64,000 bases of DNA from Eledone cirrhosa. Lineage: Eukaryota. Made by a program: the position numbers and the translations under genes. This document shows, one piece after another, positions 59,039 through 64,000 of the stretch; position 1 is the first letter of the stretch; each line of letters opens with the position of its first letter. Location of the stretch: the NCBI GenBank assembly GCA_964016885.1, contig OZ024740.1, forward strand, positions 362,204,001 through 362,268,000. The letters are read 5' to 3'. Below the pieces are notes generated by a model that saw only the letters and a program-made list of their open reading frames with translations, searched no databases and had not been told where the DNA came from.

Positions 59039-62000
59039 ATTATTTATTGTAAATGAGGTTGGTGTTAGGAAGGACATCTAGCTGTAGAAACCAAGCCAAA
59101 ATCAGTTCTGTATGAGCAAGACATGGTTACCTGACCTGACAGTGCCTACAACAGGATAACTTGTGTGACTCATGCTAGCATGGAAAAATGGACATTAAAC
59201 GGTGATGATGATGATGATGCTGATGATGAATTATGATATATGGATAGAAGGAAGTGAGCTACCATTGGTTCCAATTATGAGTGCTCTACTTATTTGGTCA
59301 ACAGAACCACCAGCTCATGAAATTAATGTGTAAGTGGATGAACATCCCATACTACCATTAATGTTAATGTCAGAGAGATTCAGCAAGACAGAGTGAGTAA
59401 CAATACTGTCCCTTTGAATTACAGGTACAGTCAATCTGCTAGGCTTCTATGCTCTTTCAGTCTACCCAATTTCACTCACAAGGCATGGGTCAACCCAAGG
59501 TTATGGTAACTGACACAAGATTCCTCAAGGTAGGATCAAACTCAGAACCCAATGATTGCAAAGTGAATTCTTAACCATGCAGCTATACTGCATCCATATA
59601 TGATATATAGTATTTGAGTATTTAATTTCTTCTTCTTTTTCTTCTTTATTATTATTAAGCTGGTGTTTGGAGCATCAATGGGTCTAACATAAAATTATGA
59701 TGAAATGTTTTTAGATAAATATATACATTTTAAAATATAATTTTAAATTGTGGAACCAGGGGCAATTTCAGCCGAATTGATATCAAAAGGGTTAAACATT
59801 CTGTTTAATGTTATCAAATGGTGCCATCCTTTACTATTTAATTAGACAAGACATAGTAAATAAAGGATAGCTTGTGTTTGCATTTTACACATTATTTCCT
59901 AACATTGAAACCCTTTCTATATTGTATCCCTTCTAAACAGGAAAAGCTGAGAACTAAACTACTTTTATATACTTCAGAAATATCTAACAAAACATGGCTG
60001 TTTATTATCAGAAAACTGATATTATAAATCAAGTAATCCTTTCAAATATTGTGGGAAAATCTTCAAATCCTCTACATAAATAATAGACAACTGTTATATG
60101 TTGTAATATGATACCGTTGTTGAGTGCTTCAAATGTGAAAGTTTGAAGGAAAACATGTCTTTATTGTAACTGTTGCTGTTGTTTAACCCAAGGTCATCTC
60201 TTATTCAGCAGACATCTGATCAATTTATTTTTTTGTTATAACTGTATTATCCAGTGCATCATTCCTTACTATGTAGATATGTTAGCACTTCAATTATCAT
60301 ATTTTTAATGAAAGACATTGCTTTTTATTTTTAAATAATTTTGATAACTATTCAAGAATTTGAAATGGTTTAGTAAACTTTTTAATTAACATAACTTAAA
60401 AAAAGGTTCTTGCATAAAATTATGATGGGAGACTTTTAGATAAATATCATATAATTATGGGCAGCTCCAGGTGGTTTGGTATAAAAAGGATTAATGAATA
60501 TTGTAATTAGAATAATATGAATTACTGTATTCTTAGCAATTTATATTTACATAAATAATTCTATCCTTTATTCCTTTAATGCTTTCAGTGTTTGGATTGT
60601 GGCCATGCTAGGGCATTGCCTTCAAACAGTTTTAGTTGATCATATCAATCCTAATACTTATGTCAGTCTGGCATTTACTGTCTCAATCTCTATTTATTAA
60701 CTTTGCTTTTTACCCCTCAAGAGTTGAAATAAAATACCAGACATATACTGGGTCAATTTACTGATGACGAATGTTGTCTTTTTGTATATCCTGAGAACTG
60801 ATTGTTCACTCTTTCCCATTTAATGAACTAATATGACAATATATAGCAAAATAGTGTTTTGTCTCTAACATGAATGGTTTTAGTCATTTTAAGCTTTCTA
60901 AATATATACTTTTACTAATACTCATTCATAAACGTAAACAGAAAATAAACCATGGAAAGAAATCTGCACTCAGTTTCAGCTTTTCTTGTTTACAAAGGCA
61001 GAAATGGAATCTAGAAAACATTATTGTGTAATAACAGTTGGCAATAATTGAAAAAACTGGCAGTGGAATTAAAGTTTATAATTAGAAAAACATAAAAGCT
61101 AAGACAAATATTAACAATTGAATGGAGTTGGTATAATTCATTCTAGTTTACTTTGACCAAGGAAGTGTGTAAATTTATTTTGCACAGCACAGCAAAGTTA
61201 CCAAAACAAAATATATAATAAAAAAGAAAAATATTGATAACATTTTTTAACATAAAAGTAAAACTCGTTTTGTGAATGCATTTTTGTTTGTTTTGTTTTT
61301 TATTTGTGAGAAAGAAAATTATCTTTAAACTTCTTGACAGAATGGCCTAGATTAAACACAGAAAACAATCTAGTGCATTAAAGGAAACTACACTGAGATT
61401 CAAAAACCAAAATACTAAAAGACCTGAAAAGACGATGAAAGGAAATGACTTGTAGTTAGATTGAGAGAAATAAATATTTGATATTTGAAGTTCATTATTA
61501 ATATTATTATAATATAATAAAAGAATCCGCTTTTGATAAATTAATTGTTATTATTTCCTCATAAGAACAATTACATAGTATTAATGAATGTTCTCCTATG
61601 AAAGAAATTCACTTTAACCCTTTGATACCAAACTGCATGAAACTAGCTGGTTCTATGGTAGAAAGCTATTTATTTTAAAGTGTTTCTATCCATCCCTAAT
61701 ATCGTAATTTAATGTAAAAACACCAGCTTAATAATGAAAAACTTAGTTATATTAACAAATCCCTCCAAATTCTTGATTATTGTCAAAATGATTTGAAAAT
61801 CATAGCCCGTGTCTTTCATTAGAAATATGGTAATGAATATGTTAAAGTGATATTTATCTAAAAACCTTCCATCATAATGTTATGAAAGAGCCTTTGTAAT
61901 GTTTCTAACATTAGGTTATAAGAAAAAGTAATTATATTATAAATTCCTCTAAATTTCTGGTATTTTCAAAACGATTAAAAAAATTTATAAACTCTCTTAT

Positions 62001-62329
62001 AAATATGGTAATGAAAGATTCAATATATAAAGGATGGAGAGTGAAATAAGATTTTGTTACATCTAGATCATTCTCAAGCTTATTAGCAATATAAGAGAAG
62101 GGAAATCTGAGTTATAGACTGAATTTGCTGGTATCTTTCCTCAAAGCTCTTATGTGCCTGATGGTAATGAATGTTTGCTGTTGAACAGAAGTATAGAATG
62201 ATGGAAGTCTTTTTTTTTTTAAATGAATTAAATAATAAACAGGAAAAGAAAAAAGAGGGAATGTGGAAGGGAAAGCAAACTCTACTTCTCTGGCTAGGTG
62301 CTATATCTCAGCTGCATTCAAAGATAAGA

Positions 62330-62960
62330 TAACAAAAGCATTGCTGTAGAGAATAGCGAGTGACACTCACTGCATCAGCCAGTCCACCTCACTGGGCTCC
62401 TTCCTTGGGTAAAATGTACTCTTTCCAATTTTGCAGAGAAAAATGACAGTCTGAGGACTGAAAACACATGAAGTCTCAATGGCAATTGGCATAAAAAAGA
62501 AGTGGCTGATCAATACCAGTATTTGGAAGCTTCCACTCCTTTACATTATGGGCAGCACTGCAGTGACCAGATTGGAACCAGAAAATGTGGTGGATGACAT
62601 CACAGATTATAGTTGTGATATTGAAACAGGAAAAGGGTTACAACGTCTAGGCACTTAACGTCACCATTATCAAAGCCAGCAGGCTGTGATGGGAAACTGA
62701 CTGTAGTAAAGCTCCTTCTGATATCATCATTCAAGGCTGCATGCTGAAGGAACTGACCTGCACTGTGGTGACAAGAGAGTGGATGTAGTCTGAACTCTCC
62801 AATCATGACTCCACAACAGTATTTGTGTGGCTCACACACATGGAGGCATAGGCACAGGACACTCTGATATGGGTGCACTCATAATCGTGTTTCTCAGCTG
62901 CTCGATGTTATTCAGTATTTTAATGTTGTTCCTTTTCACTGGATAAGATGGCAGTCACAG
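62330..62960 (-). mobile_element. CRE/RLE-type non-LTR retrotransposon remnant
   Basis: HPLSCHHSAGQFLQHAALNDDIRRSF...PSQPAGFDNGDVKCLDVVTL resembles the H.LSC...GR..RH..LND.I.RAL....EP.GL...DGKRPDG.T motif. Confidence 0.8.
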
Positions 62961-63509
62961 CATAAACATTATCTCCTGACTCCTGTCAAACTTTATATCT
63001 GAATTGTGCAAACACTATTTTCAATCTTTCTTATATAAACATCAGTCCCAGATGCTCAAATAACGTTTGTTTGGACAGTTTTAGAAATATTATAAAGATT
63101 TGATATAGATGTGAAATGACTAAGATAAATTGTTAGTTTAGTGTCTACATATTATAATAGGATATATAAAAGAGAAATGGACTGTAAAATATATTTGAGT
63201 TTACTAATGTAGTTGGCAGTCAAATGAAGACAATGTAGGATAAGGAGGGCTCTTCAGTCTGTTTAAGCATATGACATCCACTGCTGCACCAAGTACACTG
63301 TGTAAAGTGGTAGTGGTGGTACCATGAGGAAATACACCCAGTATGCTCTGTAAAGTGATAGTGCTGATGCCATGATAAAATGCATCCAGTACACCCTCTA
63401 AGAGGGTTGGTGTCAGGAAGGGCATCCAACAATAGAAACCATGCCAAATAAAAAAAATTATAAAAATATCCTGACCATTGATCTGAATATTGATCTGAAT
63501 ATTGAATTG

Positions 63510-63907
63510 AAAGGTTGTGAGTTCAATTCTCTGACCGGGTGATGTGTTGTTTCCTTGAGCAAGACACTTTATTTCACATTGCTCCAGTTTACTCAGCTGT
63601 AGAAATGAGTTGATAGGACTGGGGTCGCTATCATTCTACTGAAAAGTGATCGTGGAGGTGCCACAGCAAAAAGGCACCCAGCCCACACTGCAAAGTGGAC
63701 GTGTAGGCGCCACGGAAAAAAGCATCCAGCACTCACTGTAAATGAGGTTGGTGTTAGGAAGGGCATCCAGCTGTAGAAATCAAGCCAGAATCAGTTCCCA
63801 TATGAGCAAGACAAGGTCGGCCGACCGGACACTGCCCACAACAGGACAACCCGTCTAACCCATGCTAGCGTGAAAGAACGGACGTAAAATGGTGATGATG
63901 ATGATGA
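63510..63907 (+). mobile_element. Near-complete SINE family B (tRNA-like head, (GAT)n tail)
   Basis: gagttcaattc B-box, ccttgagcaagacactt, 3' part near-identical to 23880-24281. Confidence 0.85.
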
Positions 63908-64000
63908 ATATGAATAGTAACTTGAAAAGAAGCATTTATGTTTATCTCTTTTGTGTCCTGTAATGATCTAGCAGAAAATATCTAAAAACAAGTTTAATTT

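Overview
Eukaryotic, very AT-rich, intron-rich DNA with kb-scale (TA)n arrays and dense SINE/LINE remnants. The repeat landscape and protein sequence fit a coleoid cephalopod, probably Octopus (inference). + strand: the last 15 exons (19136-42632) of twitchin (unc-22/projectin family) were rebuilt by hand with GT-AG boundaries and consistent phases. They encode the autoinhibitory tail after the kinase, five I-set Ig domains and two linkers, followed by a 3' UTR. No kinase-domain exon was recognised in 1-19135, so that stretch appears to be one intron of more than 19 kb. It holds a candidate frame-preserving cassette exon and a candidate truncating acceptor. - strand: the 3' end of a guanylyl/nucleotide cyclase gene (KGKGWMPTYWLVGE; 58776 to about 56750), convergent with twitchin; one of its exons is almost entirely a hairpin. 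The rest is RTE, L1/Tx1 and CRE-like LINE debris, a mariner remnant, TTAA-flanked MITEs, Penelope-like ends in TA arrays and two SINE families. The long YIYIYI ORFs are microsatellite artefacts. All analysis was by eye; no searches were run.
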